64,000 nucleotides of DNA from the NCBI GenBank assembly GCA_045588325.1, contig JAZNEA010000102.1:1348-65347 (forward strand), given 5' to 3'. This document shows, piece by piece, positions 28,709 to 39,400 of this stretch; the stretch's first letter is position 1, and the number at the start of each line of letters is the position of its first letter. The translations under genes were made by a program, and so were the position numbers. This DNA comes from Clostridia bacterium. Its GTDB lineage: Bacteria > Bacillota > Clostridia > RGIG7378. The notes beneath the pieces are model-generated. The model had not been told where the DNA came from, ran no database searches, and worked only from the letters and a program-made list of their open reading frames with translations.

Positions 28709-30004
28709 TTATTTATTTAACTTAATTGCGGACTCAACTGCCTCCTGGGCTGTCATCTGTCCTGTAACAACCTTCTGGACATTGCTAAACAAATCGGCCT
28801 TTGCTTCGCTGGTGATAACATCCTGAACGGCTCCGACAACTCCTGAAATCTTTGCGTTAACATCTGCAGCGGACTGCTGTAACTCATTAAGACCAGATGG
28901 CTTTGCACCATTTACAAGAGCAGTAACCTCGGTTGTAACAAACTTACTCATAACCTCATCGGATGTCATGTGAGCAATAAACTCCACAGCTGCAGCTCTC
29001 TTCTCAGGATCATTCCATGCCTTAGTTGTAATAAAGTATCCCATGGAAATACCACCAATAGCCTCAGATGCTGAACGCTGTCCCTTTGCAGGAACGTAGG
29101 AAATGGCATAATCATCAAGGTTATCAGCGTGATTGGATGTAAAGTAACCAACCTTCCATGAACCATCAATCAGGAATGCTGCCTCACCATCACCGAACAG
29201 AGCTACTGTCTCAGCATCTGTAGCTGTGAGAGTGTTTGCGGGAAAATATCCCTTATCGTAAAGGGTCTTCATATCCTCAAGGGCTGCAATCCACTTCTGA
29301 GCAACTGCGTTATCAACCAGTTTGCCCTGGCCGTCAACTGTGGGAACCTCAAGCTGATTATCCAATGTACCATTGTTCATAACCAGGAACTCAAACCAAT
29401 AATGGGGAACCTCGAAAAGAGAACAAGCAATAGGTGTATAACCTGCATCCTTAATCTTCTGGCAATCTACCAGGAACTGATCCCATGTATAATCGGGTCC
29501 AGGAACGCTTACTCCGCAGGCGGCAAGAACCTCCTTGTTTACAAACATGTTCTCCCAGAAACCAGAAGAAGGCACTGCATAATGCTTACCATCCGGACCT
29601 GTTGCCAACATGGACTCCTTCATATTCTTTGCATAATCGGGATATACTGTTCTGATCTCTTCAATAGAAACAACCTTGCCTGCATTGATAATTGGGTTTG
29701 CATCGGCATTTGTGAAGAAGAACAAAACATCTGGCTCAGAGCCTGTCTCAAAATCCGTGATGACCTTGGCCTTCCACTCCTCATTGGATGTGGCAGAGCC
29801 ATCATTAACCTTATTGCCGGTCTTTGTCTCGTAATCCTTAACAGCATCCTCAAAGTTCTTACGGTTACCATCATCTCCTCCATATGATGTCACCACATTC
29901 AACGTAACGGTCTTGCCGTCATCTTTTGTCTTGTCATTACCTGCGCAAGCAACCATGGACAATCCCATTGCAATAGCCAGAAACATAGCAAGTACTTTTT
30001 TCAT
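28709..30004 (-). CDS. Carbohydrate ABC transporter substrate-binding lipoprotein
   Basis: The lipobox is LSMVACAG. Family-1 SBP composition. The start was trimmed to MKKVLAMF. Confidence 0.85.
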   Translation of the reverse strand: MKKVLAMFLAIAMGLSMVACAGNDKTKDDGKTVTLNVVTSYGGDDGNRKNFEDAVKDYETKTGNKVNDGSATSNEEWKAKVITDFETGSEPDVLFFFTNADANPIINAGKVVSIEEIRTVYPDYAKNMKESMLATGPDGKHYAVPSSGFWENMFVNKEVLAACGVSVPGPDYTWDQFLVDCQKIKDAGYTPIACSLFEVPHYWFEFLVMNNGTLDNQLEVPTVDGQGKLVDNAVAQKWIAALEDMKTLYDKGYFPANTLTATDAETVALFGDGEAAFLIDGSWKVGYFTSNHADNLDDYAISYVPAKGQRSASEAIGGISMGYFITTKAWNDPEKRAAAVEFIAHMTSDEVMSKFVTTEVTALVNGAKPSGLNELQQSAADVNAKISGVVGAVQDVITSEAKADLFSNVQKVVTGQMTAQEAVESAIKLNK

Positions 30005-30140
30005 GTCAGTTCTCTCCTTAAATGTTTTTGTTTTGTAACATTTAACCAATGCTACGTTTCACATTTTATAAAACTTATTCACCTTGCATAATTGCAACAG
30101 TTGTTTTTTATTGACTAATCTTGGTCTGTTTGCCAAATCA

Positions 30141-31817
30141 TCACTTTGGCAGCACAATTCTAGCCAAAATTCGGCCGGGGTTATTCTCCTCAATGGTAAG
30201 AGAGCCCTTATCGCCATAAATCAGGCGCAACCTCTGAGCCACATTCCTGATTCCCATTCCTGATCCCTGTTTTGTTCCTTCGCCATATATCTGATGCCGT
30301 ATATTTTCCCTGTCCTGATCAGTCATGGTTCCATCATGCTCAACCTCCAGCACAAGAGACTCGTTGCTGGAATACGCTCTGATAACCACCTCACCACCTC
30401 GCCGGGAAGAGATGTCGTGTTCGATAGCATTTTCCACCAGAGGTTGCAGTATCAAGCTTGGTATTGGCTGGTCTGTGACAGTCTCATCAATATCCTTTGA
30501 CACACAAACTCCTGCACCGAGCCTTTCCTTAATAATATATAAGTATGCATCTACGTATATGAGCTCTTCACGCAAAGGTATCTCTGTCCTCGCGTCTCGA
30601 TTAAGCGCAGCATTCAACATTGTGGACAGGGCCTCTATCATGGCACAAACCCTTTCGTTATCCGCAAGTCGCGCCTCCCAATTAATTATCTCCAGGGTAT
30701 TATTAAGAAAATGTGGATTGATTTGGGACTGCAAAGCCTCAATTTTTGCCTTTTGGGCGGCCTGCTGCTCCAGGTAAGATCGCTCAAACTGACTCTTTAA
30801 CTCCACAGACATGGCGTTGAAATTGTCGTACAACATGCTGAATTCCTGGTTTTCAGGAGCCACATCGATCTGGTAACCCCTTTCTCCTGCCCTGACTCGA
30901 CCATTGGCTTCTATCAAAGTTCGCATGGGCATGGTGACGTGGCGGTAAAACAACAAAATTGCAAATGCTAACATTGGCAGTACCAGAAGAGCCACCGCTA
31001 TTGCCATCCACCCCATCCAAGGCGTATCCTGCCACAGTTCAAAGCCTGAGACCATGGCCGAAAGAGAAATTGTGTGGTCTCCTACAGATGTTGTATACAC
31101 TGCATCCTCTGTATGATTCGCCTCTCGTCCAGCCACAACGTTTCCCAGCTCGTCCATTGCAAAGTTCAGGCCATCTACAGATATATTGACCTGACTGATG
31201 CGGCTGATGGCCTGCAGAGATTGAAACAGCATTTCGGAATCAAACACAATAACTATGCAAGCGTAGGGTTCGAAGTGTGTATCTACCAAATTCCTTACCA
31301 TGCAAAGCTCTCCATCCAACTCCATGAGCCGTATGGATGTGTCTGCCTCTGCCATATATTCCAGTATCCTGTCAGAGAATTCGGTGTATTTGTGAAAGTC
31401 TGCAAAAAGTGCTGTTCCGTCCGTCTGTACATATGGATTGACAGAGATAGCCCTATCACAGTATGTGATAAAGACTGCCCTATAGTTGTTGTTTCTTGAA
31501 AACTTCTGAGTTAAGTAATCATTGATGGTGCGGTACATCATGGCCTCATCGTTATCCTCCTGATAAGACCTGTATGCACTGCGAATAACACCGTCATAGC
31601 TGACCGCCTTTGAGTCATCTACGGCATTAGAAAATCGGTTTTGGACCTGGCGCATGGCCAGTTGAGATGCGGAATCAATCTCTGCCTGTACTGTGTTTTC
31701 GTAGCTGTTGCCCAGCAAAATGCCTGCCAGCACAACAATAATGACGATAGGAACTAACCAACAGATAAGCACTGTGGTTAGTAACCCCATTCGCATTGAA
31801 TGTGGATGTTTTTTCAT
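30141..31817 (-). CDS. Sensor histidine kinase (YesM-like; two N-terminal TM helices, HAMP, His_kinase, HATPase_c)
   Basis: 558 aa. The phospho-acceptor motif is LQSQINPHFLNNTL. The C-terminus has the GHKL ATPase motifs (…GSGMGIRNVAQRL…). Confidence 0.85.
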   Translation of the reverse strand: MKKHPHSMRMGLLTTVLICWLVPIVIIVVLAGILLGNSYENTVQAEIDSASQLAMRQVQNRFSNAVDDSKAVSYDGVIRSAYRSYQEDNDEAMMYRTINDYLTQKFSRNNNYRAVFITYCDRAISVNPYVQTDGTALFADFHKYTEFSDRILEYMAEADTSIRLMELDGELCMVRNLVDTHFEPYACIVIVFDSEMLFQSLQAISRISQVNISVDGLNFAMDELGNVVAGREANHTEDAVYTTSVGDHTISLSAMVSGFELWQDTPWMGWMAIAVALLVLPMLAFAILLFYRHVTMPMRTLIEANGRVRAGERGYQIDVAPENQEFSMLYDNFNAMSVELKSQFERSYLEQQAAQKAKIEALQSQINPHFLNNTLEIINWEARLADNERVCAMIEALSTMLNAALNRDARTEIPLREELIYVDAYLYIIKERLGAGVCVSKDIDETVTDQPIPSLILQPLVENAIEHDISSRRGGEVVIRAYSSNESLVLEVEHDGTMTDQDRENIRHQIYGEGTKQGSGMGIRNVAQRLRLIYGDKGSLTIEENNPGRILARIVLPK

Positions 31818-31863
31818 TTTTATACCCTGTTCCCGTTTGTTTTTCCTTTTATCTATAGCAAAA

Positions 31864-32670
31864 TCACATTTGCTCTAATATCTGTCTTAACTTCTTTAGG
31901 ACGCCTCCCTGCCAGTATGGTTCCAGCACCTCATGGGCCTTGGCCTTTACTTGATCTCTGGCATTTCCTACACAGTAAAACCTGCCTGCCCTCTCTCCCA
32001 TTTCCAGGTCATTCAGGTTATCGCCAAATACGACCGTTTCCTCCGGTTTCACACCCGTTAATTCCTCAATCCTTGCCAGGGCCTGTCCCTTATTAACACC
32101 TGGCATTACAAAATCTACCCACTGATTGCCTGCACACGCCATATGCAACCTGGGGGACCATTTGTCCCAGAACTCCCGAGTGAGGGCACCCTCTGCGTTA
32201 GTTGGGTGATAAATGGCCACCTTGATAATGTCATCCTCAGGACATCTGTCAGGATCCTCCATTGTGACAACGTCAAATCTGTAACTGTCCCTAAGCCACA
32301 GGTGCATGGGGCTACCCTCTACAGGGACATAGCACTTGTCCGAGCTGTTAAGGGATATGTCAAGGTCAGGGTCTCTAAGCTCTGCAAAGTCCGCCAAAAG
32401 CTCCTCCACCACGTCTGCAGGGATCCTCTGATACGCATAGACCTTCCCATTAAATCTATACGTAGCTCCGCCATCTGCCACATAGTCAAAACGCGTCCCA
32501 AGGGTTGGAAACAATTTCATGCTGCTCTTGTACTGACGGCCGCTGGCAATAACCACCCTGACGCCTTTGTCCATAAGCTGCCCAAATACCTGCTCGTATG
32601 CTGGATCAATATCAAATGTGCCATCCTTAAGCAGTGTACCGTCTACATCTGTGGCAATCAACTTAACCAT
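31864..32670 (-). CDS. Cof-type HAD-IIB family hydrolase
   Basis: The DxD motif is in LIATDVDGTLL. The C-terminus has the GDNLNDLEM motif. The start was trimmed to MVKLIATD. Confidence 0.75.
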   Translation of the reverse strand: MVKLIATDVDGTLLKDGTFDIDPAYEQVFGQLMDKGVRVVIASGRQYKSSMKLFPTLGTRFDYVADGGATYRFNGKVYAYQRIPADVVEELLADFAELRDPDLDISLNSSDKCYVPVEGSPMHLWLRDSYRFDVVTMEDPDRCPEDDIIKVAIYHPTNAEGALTREFWDKWSPRLHMACAGNQWVDFVMPGVNKGQALARIEELTGVKPEETVVFGDNLNDLEMGERAGRFYCVGNARDQVKAKAHEVLEPYWQGGVLKKLRQILEQM

Positions 32671-32790
32671 AACAAAATCCCCTGAAACCTTATTCTGCTT
32701 CTGCAATTTATTATAGACTACAAAATATTCTTGGCAACAAAAAAAGAGAGGCTCTGGGCCTCTCTGTGTAATAGTCGACAATTTGCTATA

Positions 32791-33453
32791 TTAATAGTTC
32801 TCTTTTCTAACCTCAAAGAAGCTCTGGCTGTAACTGCAAATGGGGCAAACCTCAGGAGCCTTCTTGCCAATTACCAGGTGTCCGCAGATCCTGCACTCCC
32901 ACATAGCCTCATCAGCCTTCTCAAATACCTGCTGCATCTCCACGTTGTTCAGCAACTTTCTGTATCTCTCCTCGTGGGCCTTCTCTACAAGTCCTACGGC
33001 TCTGAACTTCTCTGCCAATTCTGGGAATCCCTCCCTCTCAGCATCCTTGGCAAAACGGTCATACATATCTGTCCACTCGTAGTTCTCACCCTCTGCTGCT
33101 GCCAAAAGGTTCTCCGCTGTGGTGCCCAGGTGTCCAAGCTCCTGGAACCATACCCTGGCGTGCTCCTGCTCGTTGCGGGCAGTCTTGAGGAAAATCTCTG
33201 CCAACTGATCATATCCCTCTCTGGATGCAACAGATGCAAAGTATGTGTACTTGTTGCGAGCCTGGCTCTCTCCTGCAAATGCTGTCTCCAGGTTCTTCTC
33301 TGTCTGAGTGCCTGCGTACTTGTTTGTCTCAGCTACCTTCTCCTCGATCAGCTCAAAAAAGCTGGCTGGCTTACGGCAAATGGGGCAGGTGAAATCATCT
33401 GCCATAGGGCCCTCATGAACATATCCACAAATCGTGCACTTTCTCTTTTCCAT
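32791..33453 (-). CDS. Rubrerythrin with rubredoxin-like CxxC…CxxC domains at both termini
   Basis: 220 aa. The N-terminus has CTICGYV…CPIC and the C-terminus has CRICGH…CPIC. The central ferritin-like di-iron four-helix bundle carries E…ExxH motifs ([24 protein letters not shown]). Confidence 0.85.
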   Translation of the reverse strand: MEKRKCTICGYVHEGPMADDFTCPICRKPASFFELIEEKVAETNKYAGTQTEKNLETAFAGESQARNKYTYFASVASREGYDQLAEIFLKTARNEQEHARVWFQELGHLGTTAENLLAAAEGENYEWTDMYDRFAKDAEREGFPELAEKFRAVGLVEKAHEERYRKLLNNVEMQQVFEKADEAMWECRICGHLVIGKKAPEVCPICSYSQSFFEVRKENY

Positions 33454-33577
33454 AACTATCCTCCCAAATATAAAATATTAATGTCACTTCATTTTTCATT
33501 ACGCATGATATATTTTTTTCAATTTGCTTTCCGTAACATTGTCACTTTTTCTGCAATAATCTATAATTACCTCAGAG

Positions 33578-34240
33578 GTGAGGAATATGAATATATCTGA
33601 ATTTTTTCCTATATGGTCACAGCTGTCTGCAGAGGATCAGCAGGCCCTTATTGATTCTGCCACTACTACAACAATTAAGGCTGGCACAGTGTTGCACAAC
33701 GGCATCGATTCCTGCCAGGGACTCTATCTTGTACAGTCAGGACAACTCAGGGCATATATTTTGTCCGAAAAGGGTCGAGAGATCACGCTTTATCGCCTGT
33801 TCCCCTGGGACATTTGCCTTTTCTCCGCATCCTGCATTATGCGCAGCATCCAGTTCAGCATCACTATCGAGGCTGAGAAGGACTGCGTAGTTACCAACGT
33901 CTCTGCTGGTGTGTATCAACAGGTTATGGAGCGTTCTGCGGTGTTGGCCAATTACACCAATCAGATAATGGCCTCCAGATTCTCCGAGGTTATGTGGCTG
34001 ATTGAGCAGGTCATGTGGTCCAGTTTTGACAACCGACTGGCTTCCTTTTTGGTGAATGAGAGCCGCATCGAGGAGGCACGAGTTCTGTCCATTACCCATG
34101 ACAAAATTGCCAATCACCTGGGCACCGCCAGAGAGGTGGTCACCCGCATGCTTAAATATTTCCAGAGCGAGGGGCTGGTGCGACTCAATCGCGGCACCAT
34201 CGAATTGCTGGATATAGAGGCCCGCTATCCTGAGGAATAG
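33578..34240 (+). CDS. Crp/Fnr family transcriptional regulator
   Basis: 220 aa with a cNMP-binding beta-barrel and a C-terminal HTH (…HDKIANHLGTAREVVTRMLK…). It is divergent from the rubrerythrin gene and is the only clear plus-strand gene in the window. Confidence 0.8.
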   Translation: MRNMNISEFFPIWSQLSAEDQQALIDSATTTTIKAGTVLHNGIDSCQGLYLVQSGQLRAYILSEKGREITLYRLFPWDICLFSASCIMRSIQFSITIEAEKDCVVTNVSAGVYQQVMERSAVLANYTNQIMASRFSEVMWLIEQVMWSSFDNRLASFLVNESRIEEARVLSITHDKIANHLGTAREVVTRMLKYFQSEGLVRLNRGTIELLDIEARYPEE

Positions 34241-34265
34241 CAAAACATAAACCGTATATATGCGT

Positions 34266-34298
34266 AAAGGGGGTGTTAAATAACGCCCCCCTTTTTCA
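34266..34298 (+). terminator. Intrinsic terminator of the crp-family gene
   Basis: GGGGGTG-ttaaataa-CGCCCCCC followed by TTTTT. An A-run on the other side makes it potentially bidirectional (it could also terminate yitT). Confidence 0.6.
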
Positions 34299-34427
34299 TG
34301 CTATTCTATCTCATATTCGACGGAATTGATTACCAATCGCCCATCTTCGTTCCAATAAACTCGCAGTTTTTTGTATTCTCCCCAATCGCCAATATAAACC
34401 CTTAGACAATCTTGGCAAATACAATCT

Positions 34428-35291
34428 TTACTTATTGTTATTTGAGAACACGTCTGCAACTTCGCTGATTGTTATGTATGCATTGTGGTCAATTTCGTGG
34501 ACCATTTCCTTCATCCTGACAACCTGGTAGCGATTCATAACAAAATACAACATGGACTTTTCTTTGTTAGAATAGCCACCCTTTGCCTCTAGACATGTTA
34601 CGCCGCTGCCAAACACCTCACAAAGCTTATCGCACACCTCATCCGGATGGTCGGTAATGATGATCGCACATTTTGCCCTATCGAGACCATCTACGATAAA
34701 GTCGATAGTCTTTAATGCAGCAGCGTAGGTGACAATGGAGTAAAGTGGCAAAATCCAGCTGTTGAGGACGAAACCACATACAACATAAAGCAATACGTTA
34801 TATATCATTACAAAGGTGCCAACGGTAATTCCCAGTCGCTTTGCAAAGATCACCGCCATAACCTCGATGCCGTCCATGGCTCCGCCATAGCGAATCGCCA
34901 GTCCACTGCCGATGCCGGAAATCACACCACCAAACAATGCACATAAGAGCAAATCCGTACCTGCCAGGGGCGATGCAATGCTCACATCAATAGGCAAAAC
35001 ATCAGTAATTAACCAGGCAAACAATGAGTAGACACAAACCGAGTATATAGCGTAAACAGTAAAGGTCCACCCTTGCTTTTTGAGTCCAAAAAGGAACAAG
35101 GGAACGTTCAAAAGGATAAGGAAAATTGAGAGCGTCAGATATTCAGGTGTTATTTGGTCTAAAAGCATAGACGTTCCCGAAATTCCACTATCGTATAACT
35201 TAACAGGCATCAAAAAAAGTGTAATGCCAAATGCATTGACAATACCTGCAATAGTAAGCATTAAAAAATTGGTGATCTTCAATTTGTTCAT
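34428..35291 (-). CDS. YitT-family membrane protein (DUF161 + DUF2179)
   Basis: 287 aa with a multi-TM N-terminal part and a soluble C-terminal DUF2179-like domain. Confidence 0.7.
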   Translation of the reverse strand: MNKLKITNFLMLTIAGIVNAFGITLFLMPVKLYDSGISGTSMLLDQITPEYLTLSIFLILLNVPLFLFGLKKQGWTFTVYAIYSVCVYSLFAWLITDVLPIDVSIASPLAGTDLLLCALFGGVISGIGSGLAIRYGGAMDGIEVMAVIFAKRLGITVGTFVMIYNVLLYVVCGFVLNSWILPLYSIVTYAAALKTIDFIVDGLDRAKCAIIITDHPDEVCDKLCEVFGSGVTCLEAKGGYSNKEKSMLYFVMNRYQVVRMKEMVHEIDHNAYITISEVADVFSNNNK

Positions 35292-35390
35292 AACACAAAC
35301 CCACTTTAACTATAAAGTCATAAATTATTAAATCAGTTTTTTCAGAAAAAGTCTATGAACACAACCCACAATTTTGCAATTCTGGGCAAC

Positions 35391-35414
35391 AAAAAAGGGG
35401 GTATAAATACCCCC
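35391..35414 (-). terminator. Intrinsic terminator directly after the tRNA-Arg gene
   Basis: Minus-strand hairpin GGGGGTATTTATACCCCC followed by T6. Confidence 0.6.
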
Positions 35415-35491
35415 TGGTGTTCCCGAGGCGATTCGAACACCCGACCTACCGCTTAGGAGGCGGTCGCTCTATCCAGCTGAGCTACGGAAAC
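35415..35491 (-). tRNA. tRNA-Arg (anticodon CCT)
   Basis: A cloverleaf was folded by hand from the sequence. The 7-bp acceptor stem is GUUUCCG/CGGGAAC. The D-arm is GCUCAGCUGGAUAGAGC. The anticodon stem ACCGC/GCGGU carries the loop CUCCUAA. The T-arm is GGGUG-UUCGAAU-CGCCU. Discriminator A and CCA are genomically encoded. Confidence 0.85.
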
Positions 35492-35505
35492 ATGTGTGCC
35501 GGTTA

Positions 35506-35534
35506 ATTATGCTCTAAAGCAGTCCGGCTGTCAA
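35506..35534 (-). promoter_or_regulatory. Candidate sigma-A promoter of tRNA-Arg
   Basis: On the minus strand: TTGACA, a 17-nt spacer, then CATAAT. It lies about 15 nt upstream of the tRNA 5' end. Confidence 0.5.
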
Positions 35535-35541
35535 GGATAAA

Positions 35542-36453
35542 TCAATCCTCAAAAATAGCTCTCACAAACTCCTGTGGTTCAAAAACCAACAGATCGTCGA
35601 TTCCCTCTCCCACGCCTACTAATCTGACCGGAATGCCCAACTCATCCTTGATGGATATGACAACTCCGCCCTTGGCGGTGCCATCCAGCTTTGTGAGGAT
35701 AATACCATCTATGGGGCATCCTTCAGAGAATACCTTGGCCTGCGAAATGCCGTTTTGGCCTGTGGTGGCATCCAAGGCGATCAGCGTATTAATGTCTGCA
35801 TCCGGCAACTCACGATGGAGCACGCGATTCATCTTGTTCAGCTCCTCCATCAGGTTCTTCTTGGTATGCAATCTACCGGCAGTATCCACAATCAGGATGT
35901 CTGCATTGCGGGACTTGGCTGCATTTATGGCATCAAACAGCACCGCTGATGGGTCTGCACCCTCCTGCTGCTTGATCAGGTCTACGCCTGCCCTCTCGGT
36001 CCACACCTGGAGCTGGTCAATTGCAGCAGCTCTGAATGTATCTGCAGCTGCCACAACAACCTTGAGGCCGGATTTCTTATAGTTGTTGGCCATTTTTCCA
36101 ATGGATGTGGTCTTGCCCACACCATTTACGCCAATAACAAATATTACTGCTGGCTTTGAATCCAGTTTGAGTCCCTGACTCTCCGGAGCGATCATGCCGG
36201 ATATGATACCGATCAGTTGCTCCTTAGCCGCCATGGGATCGATAATCCTATTTTCACGGATGCTATCTCTCAACTGATCCATAATCTTGTCTGCGGTGTC
36301 CACGCTGACATCGGCGGAAATCAGTGCATCAAAGAGTTCCTCCATCATGTCCTCGTCAACCTTGCCCATGGAGGCAAAAACCCTGTTTATGCCGTCTGCC
36401 AAGTTCTCTCGAGTCTTTGCCAACCCATTTTTCAGCTTGTCAAAAAAGCCCAT
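35542..36453 (-). CDS. ftsY: Signal recognition particle receptor FtsY
   Basis: 303 aa SRP54-type GTPase (GVNGVGKTTSIGK, DTAGR, TKLDG motifs). Confidence 0.95.
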   Translation of the reverse strand: MGFFDKLKNGLAKTRENLADGINRVFASMGKVDEDMMEELFDALISADVSVDTADKIMDQLRDSIRENRIIDPMAAKEQLIGIISGMIAPESQGLKLDSKPAVIFVIGVNGVGKTTSIGKMANNYKKSGLKVVVAAADTFRAAAIDQLQVWTERAGVDLIKQQEGADPSAVLFDAINAAKSRNADILIVDTAGRLHTKKNLMEELNKMNRVLHRELPDADINTLIALDATTGQNGISQAKVFSEGCPIDGIILTKLDGTAKGGVVISIKDELGIPVRLVGVGEGIDDLLVFEPQEFVRAIFED

Positions 36454-36463
36454 ATCTTCTCTG

Positions 36464-39400
36464 CTACTCCTTAATCTTCATGGATACAATCTTAGAAACG
36501 CCAGGCTCCTGCATTGTAACTCCGTACATATAATTTGCAATTTCCATGGTTCCACGTCTGTGGGTAATAATCAGGAACTGAGTATCGTCCACACAATTTG
36601 CCAGATAATTGCTGAATCGTGATACGTTCACCTCGTCCAACGCAGCCTCAATCTCGTCCAACAGACAGAATGGTGATGGTCTGAGCTTAAGGATGCCAAA
36701 CAGCAACGCAATGGCAGTCAGCGCCCTCTCTCCGCCAGACATGAGATTCATGTTCTGCAGCTTTTTGCCGGGCAACTGCACAATAATCTCAACTCCGCTC
36801 TCCAAGACATTAGTATTGTCGGTGAGTTCAACATATGCCCTGCCGCCACCGAACAAGTCTGAGAACACCTGGGAGAAGCTGTCGTTTATCAATTGGAACT
36901 GGGATACAAACTGTTCCTTCATCTGGGCAGATACCTCTGAGATAATCTTGCGCAGTTTTTCTCCGCTCTCCACAACATCTGCCTCCTGCTCCTTAAGGAA
37001 TCTAAGGCGCTCCATGTTGGCTGCATACTGGTCTATGGCTGTCACATTGACGTCGCCCATGGACCTTATCTGATCTCTCAAGTAATCAACTCTCTTGCGC
37101 GCAACCGACATATTCTCGGGAACCTTATACTGGCCCTCAGATGTCTCGTATGTAAGATTGTACTGGTCCCACAACCTGTTCTTAACAATCTCGAGCTCTG
37201 ACTGTTGGCGGATAGAATCATTCTGTGCCCTGTTAAGCTTGGCTACATAGGTCATCTTTGCCTCGTCTGTTGCCTCAATTTGCTGATTGAGCTTGCGGAA
37301 CTCCTCACTAAGGCCATCCCTCTCTGCGGTCAGCACCTTAATATTATTCTCTGAGGCCACTCTCCTGGCGATCAGGCCGTCAATCTCTGTCTCATGGCGA
37401 TCGATGTCGTTTTCGATCTGATCCAGTGTCTCCTGGGCCTGCTGCTTTGCCTTGTTGGCCTGTTGAATATTTTCCAGAACAGAATTCATCTGAATCTGTT
37501 CTCTCTCCTTGTTGTGAAGGGCGTTGAGAGTAATAATCTCTAACTTCTCTAGGTCTGAACGGCGGGAGCTGATCTGGCTATTTAGTGCCTCCTTGTCCTC
37601 CAGCTCCTGGCGAGCCTGTCTGCCGTAGGCCTCGATCTCCTCCATTATCATTGCCATCTCGGCATTGATCCTGGCCAGATTTTCCTTTGCTGCTGCCTGC
37701 TCTGTGTCCAATGCATCGTTGGCAACAACAACCTGAGCTCTATCGTCGACGAGCTGGTCTCTGCGAGCTGTTTCTCTGTCACAATTGACCTGCAATGAGC
37801 GAAGGCTATTCTCCATAACAGCCCTGTCGGTATGCATGTTTCTGAACTGCTCTGTAGCAGCGGCCAGGTCGCGGTCTGCATTTTTAAGCTGCAACTCCAG
37901 TTGGAGCAATCCTGCGTTGGCCTGAGCAATGCTGCCTGCCATACCCTGTGTAGACTCTGTCAGTTCCTGGATCTCTCTCTTGCGGCTCAGGAAACCTCTG
38001 CCTGCGCCTGTATCCCTAGAACCACCAGTCATTGCACCTCCGGCATTGACCATATCTCCATCGAGAGTAACTATTTTGAAGTTGTAATCGCACTTGCGGG
38101 CCATATCCATGGCGCTATCCAGATCCTTGGCCACAACTATTCTGCCCAATAAGTTCTCGACTACGGGGCGAACATTTGCGCCGGACTTAACCAGCTCGGA
38201 TGCAACACCTACAAATCCACTATGTCCACCAATGCGTCCCACAAACTCCCTCTCAAGAGTCCTGGTTTTGACTGCATTAATTGGCAGGAATGTAACACGT
38301 CCTGCTGACTGGGACTTAAGATACTCGATGCATCTCTTGGCGTCCTGGTCTGTCTCTGTGACCACATCCTGTAAGCTGTTGCCCAGCACGAACTCTATGG
38401 CAACCTCGTACTTTCTGTCTACGCGGATCAGTTCTGACACTGTTCCTAACACACCTGTTGACAGATACCTGTTTTGTTTGCACGCATTCATCAAATTCTT
38501 GACGCTGCGCTGATATCCCTCCATGGAATTCTCCATCTCCTTGAGGGTGCGCAATCTGGCATTGCTTGCCTGATAATCGTCATTTACACGCTGCAGCTCC
38601 TGTTTTTGCAGATCCAGCTTGTTGATAACGTCGTTCTTAGAATCTATGAGTGCCTCTATCTTATTGCGGGCCGTTGTAATCTTGGCATCGTAATTGTCCA
38701 GCTTAGTCTGGGCCTCTGCAATCTGCTGTACTCCGGCCTTAATAGCAGCCTCTGCACCTGCGATATCTGCAGTCAGGGTGCTGATCCTGCTTAAGTTGCC
38801 CTGGCGCTCCGTATCAATGGCAGTAAGCCTGTTGCCCAAGCTATTTGCCTCTGCAGAAAGGGCAGCATGTCTGTCTGTGGTGCCGGTGCTGATGGTCTCT
38901 CTCTCGGAAATTCTGGCGTTCAACTGAGCCAACTCATTGAGCTTTGACTCCAACTGTGCCTTAACCTCCTGGGCCTGAACGTCCAGGTCTGCAATCTGCC
39001 TATCGCAGGAATCTATCTCCTGGGCAATTCTCTCAACATCCTTGTTAAGTATTTCTGCATCCTCTGCTGCCTTGGAAATGGCCCCCTTGGCCTCTGCCAT
39101 CCTCTGATAGCTAAGGTTGCGCTGTCCCTTGGCTGTCTCCAACTCTAGCTCCACATCGTGCAGCTGATTCTTAGCCTGATCCAGTCTCTCAACGCACTGC
39201 TGCTCCATATCTCCAAAGGAGCTCCTGCGGCCCACCAGTTCCTGCCTGCTGGCATCACAATCTGCAATACCCTGCTCCAGCTCCAGAACCTTTGCCTGGT
39301 ACATCTCGGCCTTGTTCAGCAAAATGCGAATATTATCTACGTAAATGCCAACCTCCAGCTCCTGGAGCTCATCTCTCAGGATGATAAAGCGTTTGGCCTT

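Noticed and set aside
30050-30140. Hairpin TGCCAAA-gtgatga-TTTGGCA after the histidine kinase stop, and possible promoter for the SBP gene
   Set aside because: Hairpin lacks a U-tract. Candidate -35/-10 hexamers have poor spacing; insufficient to call.
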